48,363 nt of DNA from Laspinema sp. D2d (GTDB lineage: Bacteria; Cyanobacteriota; Cyanobacteriia; Cyanobacteriales; Laspinemataceae), in NCBI RefSeq assembly GCF_025370755.1, contig NZ_JAMXFC010000004.1, positions 209,505 to 257,867 of the forward strand. Reading direction: 5' to 3'. Below the pieces are notes generated by a model, which searched no databases, was not told the origin of the DNA, and saw only the letters and a list, made by a program, of their open reading frames with translations. The position numbers and the translations under genes were made by a program. This document shows, in pieces, positions 31,246 to 40,544 of this stretch; position 1 is the stretch's first letter, and every line of letters starts with the position of its first letter.

Positions 31246-32364
31246 ATGAACCCAGGTATAGACCTACAAGGAAGTTTTATAAAAGCGCTCGCAGATTTGG
31301 GCCTTCCAGCGGGAGCAGCCAAAGCCATCTGGATGCCAATTCCTATGGTACTCATGCTAGTTGTTGCCACAATTGGCGTGCTGGTAACCGTCTGGCTAGA
31401 GCGAAAAATTTCTGCTGCGGTCCAACAGCGCATCGGCCCAGAATACATCGGTCCTTTGGGGATTTTAGCTCCCGCCGCCGATGGTCTCAAACTCTTGTTC
31501 AAAGAGGATATCCTGCCCGCGAAAGCCGACCCCATCCTCTTTACCCTCGGGCCCGTCCTGGTGGTAGTCCCCGTGTTCGCATCCTTCCTGATCGTCCCCT
31601 TCGGACAAAATCTCATCATTAGCGATGTCGGGGTAGCCATCTTTTTATGGATTTCCCTTTCCAGCATTCAGCCGATCGGCTTGCTGATGGCAGGCTATGC
31701 CTCCAATAACAAATACTCTTTGATCGGTGGATTGCGCGCAGCAGCCCAGTCAATCAGTTATGAAATTCCCCTCGCCCTCAGTGTGCTGGCAGTGGTGATG
31801 ATGTCCAACAGCCTCAGCACCCTCGACATTGTGGAACAGCAATCGAGCTATGGCATCCTCGGTTGGAACGTCTGGCGTCAACCCCTCGGCTTTATCATCT
31901 TCTGGATAGCCGCCCTGGCGGAATGCGAACGCTTACCCTTTGACCTCCCTGAAGCAGAAGAAGAAATCGTCGCCGGATATCAAACCGAATACTCGGGCAT
32001 GAAATTCGCCCTGTTCTACTTAGGGTCCTACGTTAACCTCGTCCTCTCAGCACTCCTAATCGCCGTGTTATATCTGGGTGGCTGGGAATCTCCGATCCCC
32101 GTAGAACTACTGGGCCAGTGGCTGGGTGTCAGCGAAACCACCCCTTGGCTGCAAGTGATTACCGGAACCCTCGGTATCACCATGACCCTGCTCAAGGCTT
32201 ACTTCTTTGTTTTCCTTGCCATTTTGATGCGGTGGACCTTACCCCGTGTGCGGATCGACCAACTCCTCGATTTAGGATGGAAATTTCTGTTGCCGGTTTC
32301 TCTGGTCAATCTGCTCTTAACTGCCGCCTTAAAGTTGGCCTTTCCCTTTGCCTTTGGTGGGTAA
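31246..32364 (+). CDS. ndhA: NAD(P)H-quinone oxidoreductase subunit 1 (NdhA/NuoH homolog)
   Basis: NuoH hallmark segments ([16 protein letters not shown]; [26 protein letters not shown]; [16 protein letters not shown]). Confidence 0.95.
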   Translation: MNPGIDLQGSFIKALADLGLPAGAAKAIWMPIPMVLMLVVATIGVLVTVWLERKISAAVQQRIGPEYIGPLGILAPAADGLKLLFKEDILPAKADPILFTLGPVLVVVPVFASFLIVPFGQNLIISDVGVAIFLWISLSSIQPIGLLMAGYASNNKYSLIGGLRAAAQSISYEIPLALSVLAVVMMSNSLSTLDIVEQQSSYGILGWNVWRQPLGFIIFWIAALAECERLPFDLPEAEEEIVAGYQTEYSGMKFALFYLGSYVNLVLSALLIAVLYLGGWESPIPVELLGQWLGVSETTPWLQVITGTLGITMTLLKAYFFVFLAILMRWTLPRVRIDQLLDLGWKFLLPVSLVNLLLTAALKLAFPFAFGG

Positions 32365-32472
32365 GCAAGGTTTTTTCGTTCAAAAACTGCCCAGTTATTG
32401 AGCGATCGCTTAATTTCATCTTGACTTCAGGTCACCACTCCCTATCACCTAGCAGTCATCGCCGAGAACACT

Positions 32473-33075
32473 ATGCTCAAATTCCTCAACCAAGTTAGCA
32501 ACTACGCCAAAGAAACCGTTCAAGCGGCCAAATATATCGGTCAAGGACTCTCCGTGACCTTTGACCATATGCGCCGTCGCCCAGTTACGGTGCAATATCC
32601 CTACGAAAAACTCATTCCTTCCGAACGGTATCGGGGTCGGATTCACTTTGAATTTGATAAGTGCATTTCCTGTGAAGTGTGCGTCCGCGTTTGTCCGATT
32701 AACCTACCTGTCGTCGATTGGGAATTCAACAAAGAAACCAAAAAGAAACAACTCAAACACTACAGTATTGACTTCGGCGTTTGTATCTTCTGCGCCAACT
32801 GTGTCGAATACTGTCCAACCAATTGTCTCTCCGCCACGGAAGAATACGAACTTTCCACTTACGATCGCCACGAATTGAATTTTGATAACGTGGCAATGGG
32901 ACGCTTACCTTACAAGGTCACCGATGATCCAATGGTGACCCCCCTCAGAGAACTCGCCTATCTACCCAAAGGCGTGATCTCTCCCCATGATTTGCCCCCA
33001 AACTCTCGTCGTGCGGGTCTGCGTCCCGAAGAAATTCGAGAAAAAATGGAACAAGAACAATCCACAGAAAAATAG
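32473..33075 (+). CDS. ndhI: NAD(P)H-quinone oxidoreductase subunit I (2x[4Fe-4S] ferredoxin-type)
   Basis: Two CxxCxxCxxxCP motifs ([12 protein letters not shown] and [12 protein letters not shown]). Confidence 0.95.
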   Translation: MLKFLNQVSNYAKETVQAAKYIGQGLSVTFDHMRRRPVTVQYPYEKLIPSERYRGRIHFEFDKCISCEVCVRVCPINLPVVDWEFNKETKKKQLKHYSIDFGVCIFCANCVEYCPTNCLSATEEYELSTYDRHELNFDNVAMGRLPYKVTDDPMVTPLRELAYLPKGVISPHDLPPNSRRAGLRPEEIREKMEQEQSTEK

Positions 33076-33132
33076 GGAAAATTTGTCACCGGATGGAATG
33101 GGCTGATTGAACTCAGAATGAAGGATAACCCC

Positions 33133-33198
33133 AACAAATGACCCTAGACAAATGACCCCCGACAAAGGAACAACGACAAAGAACAAAGGACAAATACA
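33133..33198 (+). repeat. About five imperfect tandem 14-nt repeats (GACAAATGACCCYA / GACAAAGGAACAAC ...) immediately 5' of the ndhG start
   Basis: Read directly: gacaaatgacccta-gacaaatgaccccc-gacaaaggaacaac-gacaaagaacaaag-gacaaatacagtg. Confidence 0.7.
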
Positions 33199-33825
33199 GT
33201 GAATTTAGCGGAAGGCGTTCAGATAGTTTCGTTTGGCCTGCTGGCCGTGATGATGATAGGAGCTGCCTTGGGTGTAGTGCTCCTGTCTCAGGTCGTTTAT
33301 TCGGCCTTTTTATTAGGCGGCGTGTTTATCAGCATGGCCGGTTTGTATCTGTTGCTCAATGCTGATTTTGTAGCAGCGGCCCAAATTTTGATTTATGTCG
33401 GTGCCGTTAACGTTCTGATTTTGTTTGCCATCATGCTGGTCAACAAACAGGAGGATTTTACGAACCTTCCTAATTACTGGATCCGCCGGGGAGCAACCGC
33501 CCTCGTGGCTTTGGGATTATTTGCACTGTTGAGCACAATGGTTCTCTCAACTCCTTGGGCCATCACTCCAACTGCAGCAACCGCAGAAAATACCGTGGTG
33601 CAGATTGGTGAACATTTATTCAGCGATTTTTTACTGCCCTTTGAATTGGCTTCGGTCCTGTTGTTGATGGCAATGGTCGGCGCAATTATTTTGGCCCGTC
33701 GGGAGTTAATTCCGCCCGATCGAAAAGCTCAACTCGATTCAGCAGAACTGGATTTGAAGTTGCCGGAACGTCCCCGTGCACCCGTCCCGGCTCTCCGGGG
33801 AAATCGGGTCAAAACCCAAGAATGA
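33199..33825 (+). CDS. ndhG: NAD(P)H-quinone oxidoreductase subunit 6 (NdhG/NuoJ homolog), GTG start
   Basis: The NuoJ-like TM pattern, and its position between ndhI and ndhE, which is the conserved cyanobacterial ndhAIGE order. Confidence 0.9.
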   Translation: MNLAEGVQIVSFGLLAVMMIGAALGVVLLSQVVYSAFLLGGVFISMAGLYLLLNADFVAAAQILIYVGAVNVLILFAIMLVNKQEDFTNLPNYWIRRGATALVALGLFALLSTMVLSTPWAITPTAATAENTVVQIGEHLFSDFLLPFELASVLLLMAMVGAIILARRELIPPDRKAQLDSAELDLKLPERPRAPVPALRGNRVKTQE

Positions 33826-33929
33826 AAAGGGTAAAAGGACATCAAACATTGTCAAGTTTTACCGAGTTAAGGGGTGAATTTCACCGCCCCTTAATCATTC
33901 AAAAGCTAGTAAGATACTGATGAGGATTA

Positions 33930-34241
33930 ATGGAACTGCAACTCGAATACTTTTTAGTTTTGGCAGCCGCCTTGTTCTGCATTGGCATTTATGGCTTGAT
34001 TACCAGTCGCAACGCCGTCCGGGTGTTGATGTCGATTGAGCTATTGTTAAATGCAGTGAATTTGAATTTAATCGCCTTTTCTAATTTCCTAGACTCCGCT
34101 ACAATTAAGGGTCAGGTTTTTGGGGTGTTTGTAATTACTGTGGCGGCGGCGGAAGCGGCAGTAGGTTTGGCGATCGTCCTGGCTATCTATCGGAACCGGG
34201 ATACGGTGGATATGGAGCAGTTCAATCTCCTGAAATGGTAA
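33930..34241 (+). CDS. ndhE: NAD(P)H-quinone oxidoreductase subunit 4L (NdhE/NuoK homolog)
   Basis: 103 aa with 3 TM. The segments [10 protein letters not shown] and [13 protein letters not shown] are typical NuoK. Confidence 0.95.
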   Translation: MELQLEYFLVLAAALFCIGIYGLITSRNAVRVLMSIELLLNAVNLNLIAFSNFLDSATIKGQVFGVFVITVAAAEAAVGLAIVLAIYRNRDTVDMEQFNLLKW

Positions 34242-34275
34242 GAAGAGTCTGAGTCCCGAGGCTATGACTCTATTA

Positions 34276-34313
34276 AACCGGGTTTTTTAATAGAGACCCG
34301 GTTTCTAATTTTT
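34276..34313 (+). terminator. Terminator of the ndhAIGE operon (AACCGGG-loop-CCCGGTT then T-rich)
   Basis: Hairpin followed by tctaattttt, about 35 nt after the ndhE stop. Confidence 0.6.
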
Positions 34314-34495
34314 GGGGGAGATGGTTCGGGGCGGCTATTCAGTTTGGGTAGAATCTGGCAAGTGGCATCCTAAGCAAGTATATTTTGAGAATATTTAAGG
34401 GACTTATCAGGTGACAATCAAGAACTCATAGGCTGACTGAATAAACTGATAAATGCCCACAACAGAACATAAAACGGTTAGGGGGTTAGTCTCAA

Positions 34496-35416
34496 GTGCA
34501 GCTTAAAAATGCAATTATTGCTCATAAAGCCGGAGATGACCTATCTCGGCGATGGGCCGATCGATGCGCTCGGGAGTTGGAAAATCGCGGGTGTCATGTT
34601 TTGGTTGGACCTAGTGGGTCTAAAGATAATCCCTATCCTGTTTTTTTGGCATCCTCAACGAGTCCAATTGATTTGGCTGTAGTGTTTGGGGGGGATGGGA
34701 CGGCCCTAGCAGCGGCTCGACAACTGGCCCCGGAGGGAATTCCTATGTTGGCGGTCAATGTGGGGGGGCATCTGGGGTTTATTACCGAACACTTTGAGGA
34801 GTTTAAAGATACGGAACGAGTTTGGGATCGCTTGTTAGAGGACCGTTATGCGATTCAACGCCGGATGATGCTCCAAGGACGGGTTTATGAGGGGCATCAT
34901 ACGAATATGAAACCGGCGAGCGATCGCTTTTTGGCTTTAAATGAAATGTGTGTTAAACCCGCCGCAGCGGACCGGATGATCACCTCAATTCTGGAGATGG
35001 AAATTGATGGGGAGGTGGTGGATCAGTATCAGGGAGATGGTCTGATTGTAGCAACGCCTACGGGTTCAACCTGCTATACGGTTTCGGCAAATGGCCCGAT
35101 TATGCATGATGGGATGGAGGCGATCGCCGTGACTCCGATTTGTCCCCTCAGTTTGTCCAGTCGTCCCATTGTGTTGCCCCCAGGAGCCGTGGTCAGTATT
35201 TGGCCTTTAGCAGACCCGGATCTGAGTACAAAGTTGTGGATGGATGGGGTCATGGCGACCTCAATTTGGCCGGGACATCGGGTCGATGTGCGGATGGCAG
35301 ATTGTCGCGCTAAGTTTATTATTTTACAGGAAAATTATTCCTATTATCAGACTTTACGGGAAAAGTTACAATGGGCAGGGGCGAGAATTAAATATAATAA
35401 TAATCACCGCCATTAA
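34496..35416 (+). CDS. nadK: NAD(+) kinase
   Basis: GGDGT motif (VVFGGDGTALAAAR), NEMCV and DGLIVATPTGSTCYTVSANGPIM conserved blocks. Confidence 0.9.
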   Translation: MQLKNAIIAHKAGDDLSRRWADRCARELENRGCHVLVGPSGSKDNPYPVFLASSTSPIDLAVVFGGDGTALAAARQLAPEGIPMLAVNVGGHLGFITEHFEEFKDTERVWDRLLEDRYAIQRRMMLQGRVYEGHHTNMKPASDRFLALNEMCVKPAAADRMITSILEMEIDGEVVDQYQGDGLIVATPTGSTCYTVSANGPIMHDGMEAIAVTPICPLSLSSRPIVLPPGAVVSIWPLADPDLSTKLWMDGVMATSIWPGHRVDVRMADCRAKFIILQENYSYYQTLREKLQWAGARIKYNNNHRH

Positions 35417-35425
35417 AAGAGGCCA

Positions 35426-35497
35426 AAAACCACAGGCGATCGCCTCAATATCCCGGTGAATGTAGGGGGTTTTAAAGAGGCGATCGCCTGTGGTTTT
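35426..35497 (+). terminator. Long HIP1-containing inverted repeat (CCACAGGCGATCGCCTC ... GAGGCGATCGCCTGTGG) downstream of nadK
   Basis: 17-bp arms separated by about 30 nt, followed by TTTTAAA. Each arm is also self-palindromic around GGCGATCGCC. Confidence 0.5.
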
Positions 35498-36232
35498 AAA
35501 TACTTGCCACTCATTTTTTCAAAAGTTTGCACCGCCGGAAAATCTCTCCCAGAATCTTTAAAATGACTCTGGTTCATGACCTCGGCGGTTTCAACCGTTT
35601 TAATCCAGAATGTCCGATGGAACTTGCAACATTAAGGATGAAGAATAACCCGAAATTTCCCTCTAAGTGGGAGTCGCTGTGCCCAATTGATTGATTGTGC
35701 TTTTGACGCGCTTTTGCCGATTAAGAGGAGACCCCCCACTGGGGCGATCGCAGCCGGTGATTGTCCGTTCGGGGCCTCCTCTTAATTTTTCTGTTCCGAG
35801 GCGATCGCTAAGGATAAGGGTGAACAGACGAGTTCGGGGTGGCACCCGCTGGGGTCACTACAAACTGGAGGCACCTCATAATCACATAACGTTAAGGGTT
35901 GAGATTTAATTTGTACTGCCGCTATTAGGGTGGCAGATAAACCCATGATGCTAATCCAAAACAGCCGGTTCATAAACAGTTCACTCCATAGCAGATGACT
36001 GCCTGTTTATTCGGCTGCTGTAGAGCCATTTCCGAAGGAAGCGATCGTCTTAATTTCCAGAATCTACTCCGGCTGTCCTCACCCTGGATCCAAACTGGGC
36101 TGTGCCAACAAAACTGGATTCTGTATTTTAAGCTACAGCACCTCTTGGCAAGGGTAATTATATTAAATTGCTAACAGACTTAATAGAATTACATAGGCCA
36201 GTCGGTCTTTTTAGTAAAGGGATATAAAAGGC

Positions 36233-36273
36233 AATCCCGCCAGACTTCATTCTGGCGGGATTGTTGTTTTTTG
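36233..36273 (+). terminator. Orphan rho-independent terminator (AATCCCGCCAGA-CTTCAT-TCTGGCGGGATT-GTTGTTTTTTG) with no upstream ORF; candidate sRNA 3' end
   Basis: A perfect 12-bp stem plus a U-run, inside a 1.5-kb ORF-free region. Confidence 0.7.
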
Positions 36274-36996
36274 CGGGGGAGTTAAATTCAGGAACCCAGT
36301 TTTTGCAAAAGTCCAGGATTCACAGATGCATTGTTCTGGACTCTCACAGAATTATTCCCTATTTTGTGTCAGTCAGGAACCCCTACATGGAGAAAGTAAC
36401 TCGGCTGTAGCAAAATCTTCTCAAACCTATTCCTTACGGGGCAAAACACGAGCGATCGCTTATTTTCTAGCAAGCCCTCCGAGTCTGTTAATGTAGAACG
36501 ACTCAGGGATCTTCTATACAAGACTTCTGGCAAAATCGAGCTGCCCTCTCTCTCGGTCAAAATGATTGAAAGTCTCTATAAATGATCCCCGGTAAGCCCA
36601 ACCCCTGATCTTCAGAAAACGGTCACAACAACGGGTAGATTAATTTTCCAAATTTGGGAACTTTCCGGATATAAATTCTATCAATAATTGGCTTCTAACG
36701 GGGAATAATGTCAAACTCACAGGATTCAGCTCCCCTCAGCACGTAGATAATAGAATGTAGGGAATCAATATATCCTAAAATCTAAAGGGGAATCCGCCTG
36801 AACGAGAGGACCAAGGGAGATTTAAATCTCAGGGGTCCCAACAGACTGGAACCCACCCCTACACCGTTAGGGCAACCGATGAAGGATCGGCTCCCTTATA
36901 GGGGTAATTTAGAGTTGAGAGTTGTCGAGTAGCAATGGGTATTTTTTTTTACTATATTTTCCTATCCCCTCAATGAGTACAGACCCCCATACTATG

Positions 36997-37575
36997 ATTG
37001 AGATATTCGGACATTTCATTCAAAATCCGCCTCTGGGCACCGAGTATTTAATTCTGGGATTCTCCCCGAGTTCGGCTTCTATTAAAAAGCGATGGCGAAA
37101 TAATGGCTTATCAGCGGACTTTGTAGCCAATTATTTATCTACCTTTTTTGGAGACAATGGAGACCCCCAGAATCCTTGTCATAAAAAAGCGGAAAGCGCT
37201 CATAGCGTCAACTATATCGCCAATGAGTTATTAGAAAACGCGATGAAGTTTAGTGATTCCACCGTGCCGCATCCCACCACCCTTCAAATTCATTTATATG
37301 AAGATTCGATTATCTTAATGACCAATAATGGTATAAATGGAGAACAGAAGGCTGAGTTGCAGGCTTTCATTGAACAATTAAGTATCGGCGAACCTGAACA
37401 GTTATATCTGGAACAGTTAGAGAAGAATGCAGCGGCAGAGGACCCGACCAATTCAAGGTTAGGGTATTTAACGATTCTGAATGATTATCAAGGAAAAATT
37501 GGGTGGCAATTCGAGAGCTTTCCGGAAGAATCTAAAGGAATCTCTTTAACCACGATGGTGAAATTATTCTTATAG
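36997..37575 (+). CDS. Small GHKL/HATPase_c-like protein (anti-sigma-factor/histidine-kinase-type ATP-binding fold); hypothetical regulator
   Basis: N-box-like HSVNYIANELLENAMKFS and a downstream G-rich segment (MTNNGINGE). The ORF track opens at a TTG at 36922. ATG 36997 (MIEIFGHF) is the more plausible start. Confidence 0.55.
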   Translation: MEIFGHFIQNPPLGTEYLILGFSPSSASIKKRWRNNGLSADFVANYLSTFFGDNGDPQNPCHKKAESAHSVNYIANELLENAMKFSDSTVPHPTTLQIHLYEDSIILMTNNGINGEQKAELQAFIEQLSIGEPEQLYLEQLEKNAAAEDPTNSRLGYLTILNDYQGKIGWQFESFPEESKGISLTTMVKLFL

Positions 37576-37747
37576 CTAAAAATTAGTCAGTAAAAGATTC
37601 GTAATTGGCCTTGGGGCGAGATGACCAAGGTAATTTCGATCCCAGAGAGAGACGGGATTTTACTTGACCCACTTAGAATCTAAAAACCCGGAGCGAAAAA
37701 GCCAGGTTTTTATGTTCTAAGGGGGTCAGGTGCGGATTGCGGGACAC

Positions 37748-39304
37748 TTAGTTCAGTTGACAGAACTTGCGATCGCGATCGGATTCCGGTTCTTGCCACG
37801 AATAGGCAAAGTGACTAACAGAGTTAATCCGGGAAGAATAGCGCCGCAATGCATACATTTGGTCTTCTAAAGGCGGGCGATTCGTAACGGGAACGCCCCA
37901 ATCTCCAGCTAAAGCCGGGATAACCTGGGTGCCTTCCGGAGCCATGCTTAAAACCCGCTCAATTTCTTCCATAATACAATCAGGTTTTTGGCAATTGGCA
38001 TAAGCCATTGGATGCCATTCCATCTCCGGCGAAAAGCGATCCCAAGCTTGTAACCGAGAATCAAATCCTCCTTGACCAACGGGACGATTACCCCCGGGGA
38101 AAAATACCGCACCCGAAGGGATCCCTTGAGGTTGAACTTGCTCCACTGCCAGATTCACAAAATCAATAATTCCTTGCACGGCATGAGCGACACTGAGATA
38201 CCAGAGTTGCCATTGCAGGAGGGGCAGACGTTCCCCAGGGGTTCCCATTGTTTTAGAACCCGGGGGGTTTGTGCGACCTTGCCACATGGGTTCTGCCTCA
38301 TCAGGATAGAGGGCATCGACAGCAGCAATATCGTTCACAGTAATGAATCCTTGGGTAACGTAGCGCCGGATTAATTCCTGACCTTTTCGATTGAGCCCTC
38401 GTTGCAATAGGGTTTGCTGGGATGCTTCACTGTAAATCCAGAGGTCTGAGGGTTTGGTGACGACAGAAGCAGGGCCGACACCGCGTAGATAGCGGACGTA
38501 ATCGAATAACATTCCGTCCGGTTTGCGCTTGAGGACTTCTGCCAGCAACCAGGAGTAGTCCCGACGAGCTTGAGGACTGTAAGGGTCGATAAACCCGTGA
38601 TTAGCATGACTTTCCCCGACCTCTTCATGCAAGCTGGGGTCCTGCATGGCGGTGAGGGTATTCTGCCCTTGCCCGTTCCGGGCGAGTGCGCCTTGGCGGT
38701 CCGGGAGTTGGGCGTAGCTATAGCCAAAGTTCATAGTGAACAACCAAGCATAAGCCTTGAGCCCGCGTTCTTGGGCTTTTTGGATACTGTCGGCTAAAAG
38801 GTCAGCATTTTCATAGCCCGGGATCCGAACGACGGAAGGCCAAGGGGTGTTGTTTTCTGCCTGGGGTAGGAGGACTTGGCCGTCATAAAAGGCTTCGATA
38901 TAGACTTGGTTGTAACCTTTGTTAACGACTCGATCGAGGAGGGCATCTAAGGCACCGGGTTGAAGATCGCAGGGATACAGACGTAACCAGAGGGCTTGAT
39001 TTTGGGGCCAAGTTTGCTGGCGACATTCCTGTAAGCGTTCAGCTTCTTTGACCAGAAAGGCTTGATAGCGATCGCGAGCAGCCTGATCACCTTCCAGGGT
39101 GGCTTGCCGCAGTTGTTCTTTTTCGGCGATATCTGCTGGAGAAGCCAAACAGGACCCTTGAACTTGGGAGAGGGCCGGTTGGACCCAGAATGTGGGACTC
39201 ACGATCGCGGTTAGAACCGTTGCCAGTAAACCGCGATAAAAATGCTGCCAGTCAAGCGTCATCGCTGTTTTAGGTTTAAAAATTTTTTGGAGACGATTAG
39301 ACAT
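37748..39304 (-). CDS. GHL10 (glycoside hydrolase-like family 10) protein, paralog 2, with N-terminal signal/TM
   Basis: GYNQVYIEAFYDGQVLLP...AYAWLFTMNFGYSY blocks are homologous to paralogs 1 and 3. Confidence 0.75.
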   Translation of the reverse strand: MSNRLQKIFKPKTAMTLDWQHFYRGLLATVLTAIVSPTFWVQPALSQVQGSCLASPADIAEKEQLRQATLEGDQAARDRYQAFLVKEAERLQECRQQTWPQNQALWLRLYPCDLQPGALDALLDRVVNKGYNQVYIEAFYDGQVLLPQAENNTPWPSVVRIPGYENADLLADSIQKAQERGLKAYAWLFTMNFGYSYAQLPDRQGALARNGQGQNTLTAMQDPSLHEEVGESHANHGFIDPYSPQARRDYSWLLAEVLKRKPDGMLFDYVRYLRGVGPASVVTKPSDLWIYSEASQQTLLQRGLNRKGQELIRRYVTQGFITVNDIAAVDALYPDEAEPMWQGRTNPPGSKTMGTPGERLPLLQWQLWYLSVAHAVQGIIDFVNLAVEQVQPQGIPSGAVFFPGGNRPVGQGGFDSRLQAWDRFSPEMEWHPMAYANCQKPDCIMEEIERVLSMAPEGTQVIPALAGDWGVPVTNRPPLEDQMYALRRYSSRINSVSHFAYSWQEPESDRDRKFCQLN

Positions 39305-39580
39305 CAGGTACCCGTACAGAATCCACGCAGAAGTTTCTCAGCACTGTTCAGTTCTATCTTAGTTTTTCAGCATGATTGCCAGCCTTTGATTAGATTTGGG
39401 TTGGCAACGATCTCTAATCACCAAGGGTTTCATGTCATCCCCTTACCCCTCAACTGGGGGGTTCATAGATTGACTCATCTTTTTGGGCGAGGGCAATGTT
39501 GCGATCGCCCAAATAAAGACCCGTACAAGAGGAGTTAATTGTAAACAAAGCAACCCCATCCCGGATGGGAATTTGCTCGA

Positions 39581-40006
39581 TTAAGTTCCTCGACTCAGAG
39601 CCGATTCTACTTGTTTGAACTCTTGTTCAAGACGGTCTTTCAACTTTTTGGGGACCGGACGGTTAGGATAGGAATTATAATGTCCTGCTAATCCATTCAA
39701 TGCGGTTTGCATCGTGGTAAATGAAGCCAGCTTCGCCACAGACTCATCCCGACGATAGCGGGCAAAAAATTCGTTGATTCTTAGACGGGCGTCGGCCTGG
39801 GCCGAGGATTTCTCCGGGGAATCCTCCGGTAGTTCGATCGCCGTTCTCATACTATTAACCAATGAGAGGGTATCTTGGCGATAATCGCCAGTGAGCAGTC
39901 CATTACCCGAACAGCCCACCAAGGCGATCGCGACGACCAAGACTAGGGCCAGGAGGCGGGACCAATATTGTTTTAGGGGGATCATACAAACCAATCGTGT
40001 TATCAA
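39581..40006 (-). CDS. psb27: Photosystem II assembly lipoprotein Psb27
   Basis: Lipobox LVGCSG. LTGDYRQDTLSLV...YRRDESVAKLASFTTMQTALNGLAGHYNSYPNRPVPKKLKDRLEQEF closely matches Psb27. The lipoprotein start is probably the second Met (39985). Confidence 0.9.
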   Translation of the reverse strand: MITRLVCMIPLKQYWSRLLALVLVVAIALVGCSGNGLLTGDYRQDTLSLVNSMRTAIELPEDSPEKSSAQADARLRINEFFARYRRDESVAKLASFTTMQTALNGLAGHYNSYPNRPVPKKLKDRLEQEFKQVESALSRGT

Positions 40007-40544
40007 AATTAACGTCTATCGTATCTTGAATTGAGGAGTGGCGATCCCATCAAGGATTGGAATTTTTTGGGGCATTCATCAACTCAACCTCAGTCAAATG
40101 GCTCCACCCCGGATGCGATCGCCAGCCAGAACAGTCCCTCAATTCTTCTGGCTTCCTCCTTCTGAACCGTAAGCGGTTGAGAAAGGTGTCCTCGATTGTA
40201 ACAGATTGTTAAGAACAGTTTTCAACGGACTCCCGATCAGCTAGGGATGACAATTCAGAGCCGATGGCGACGAAAATGCCCTGAGCACCCTAGCAAAACT
40301 TACCCTACAGATTAAGCGTTACAATAGAACCTTATACTGAATGTGGCTCACCCCAATCCACCAGACATTACCAGAGTTCCAATCAATGGGTGATCTGCGA
40401 TCGCGGAATTTTTAGTACCCTGGGGTATAGGGGAATAGAAAATACCTGTAGAGTCGAAGGGACAAGGATGCCGGTAACGGAATCGAGTCAACCGGCTATC
40501 AAGCAGGAACTCCAGATCAGAAATCTGGGGAATCTCCCTCTCCA

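Noticed and set aside
31059-31667. 202-aa minus-strand ORF antisense to the ndhA start region
   Set aside because: It overlaps the strongly supported ndhA CDS and a Pro/Arg/Ser-rich non-coding leader, so it is an antisense artefact.
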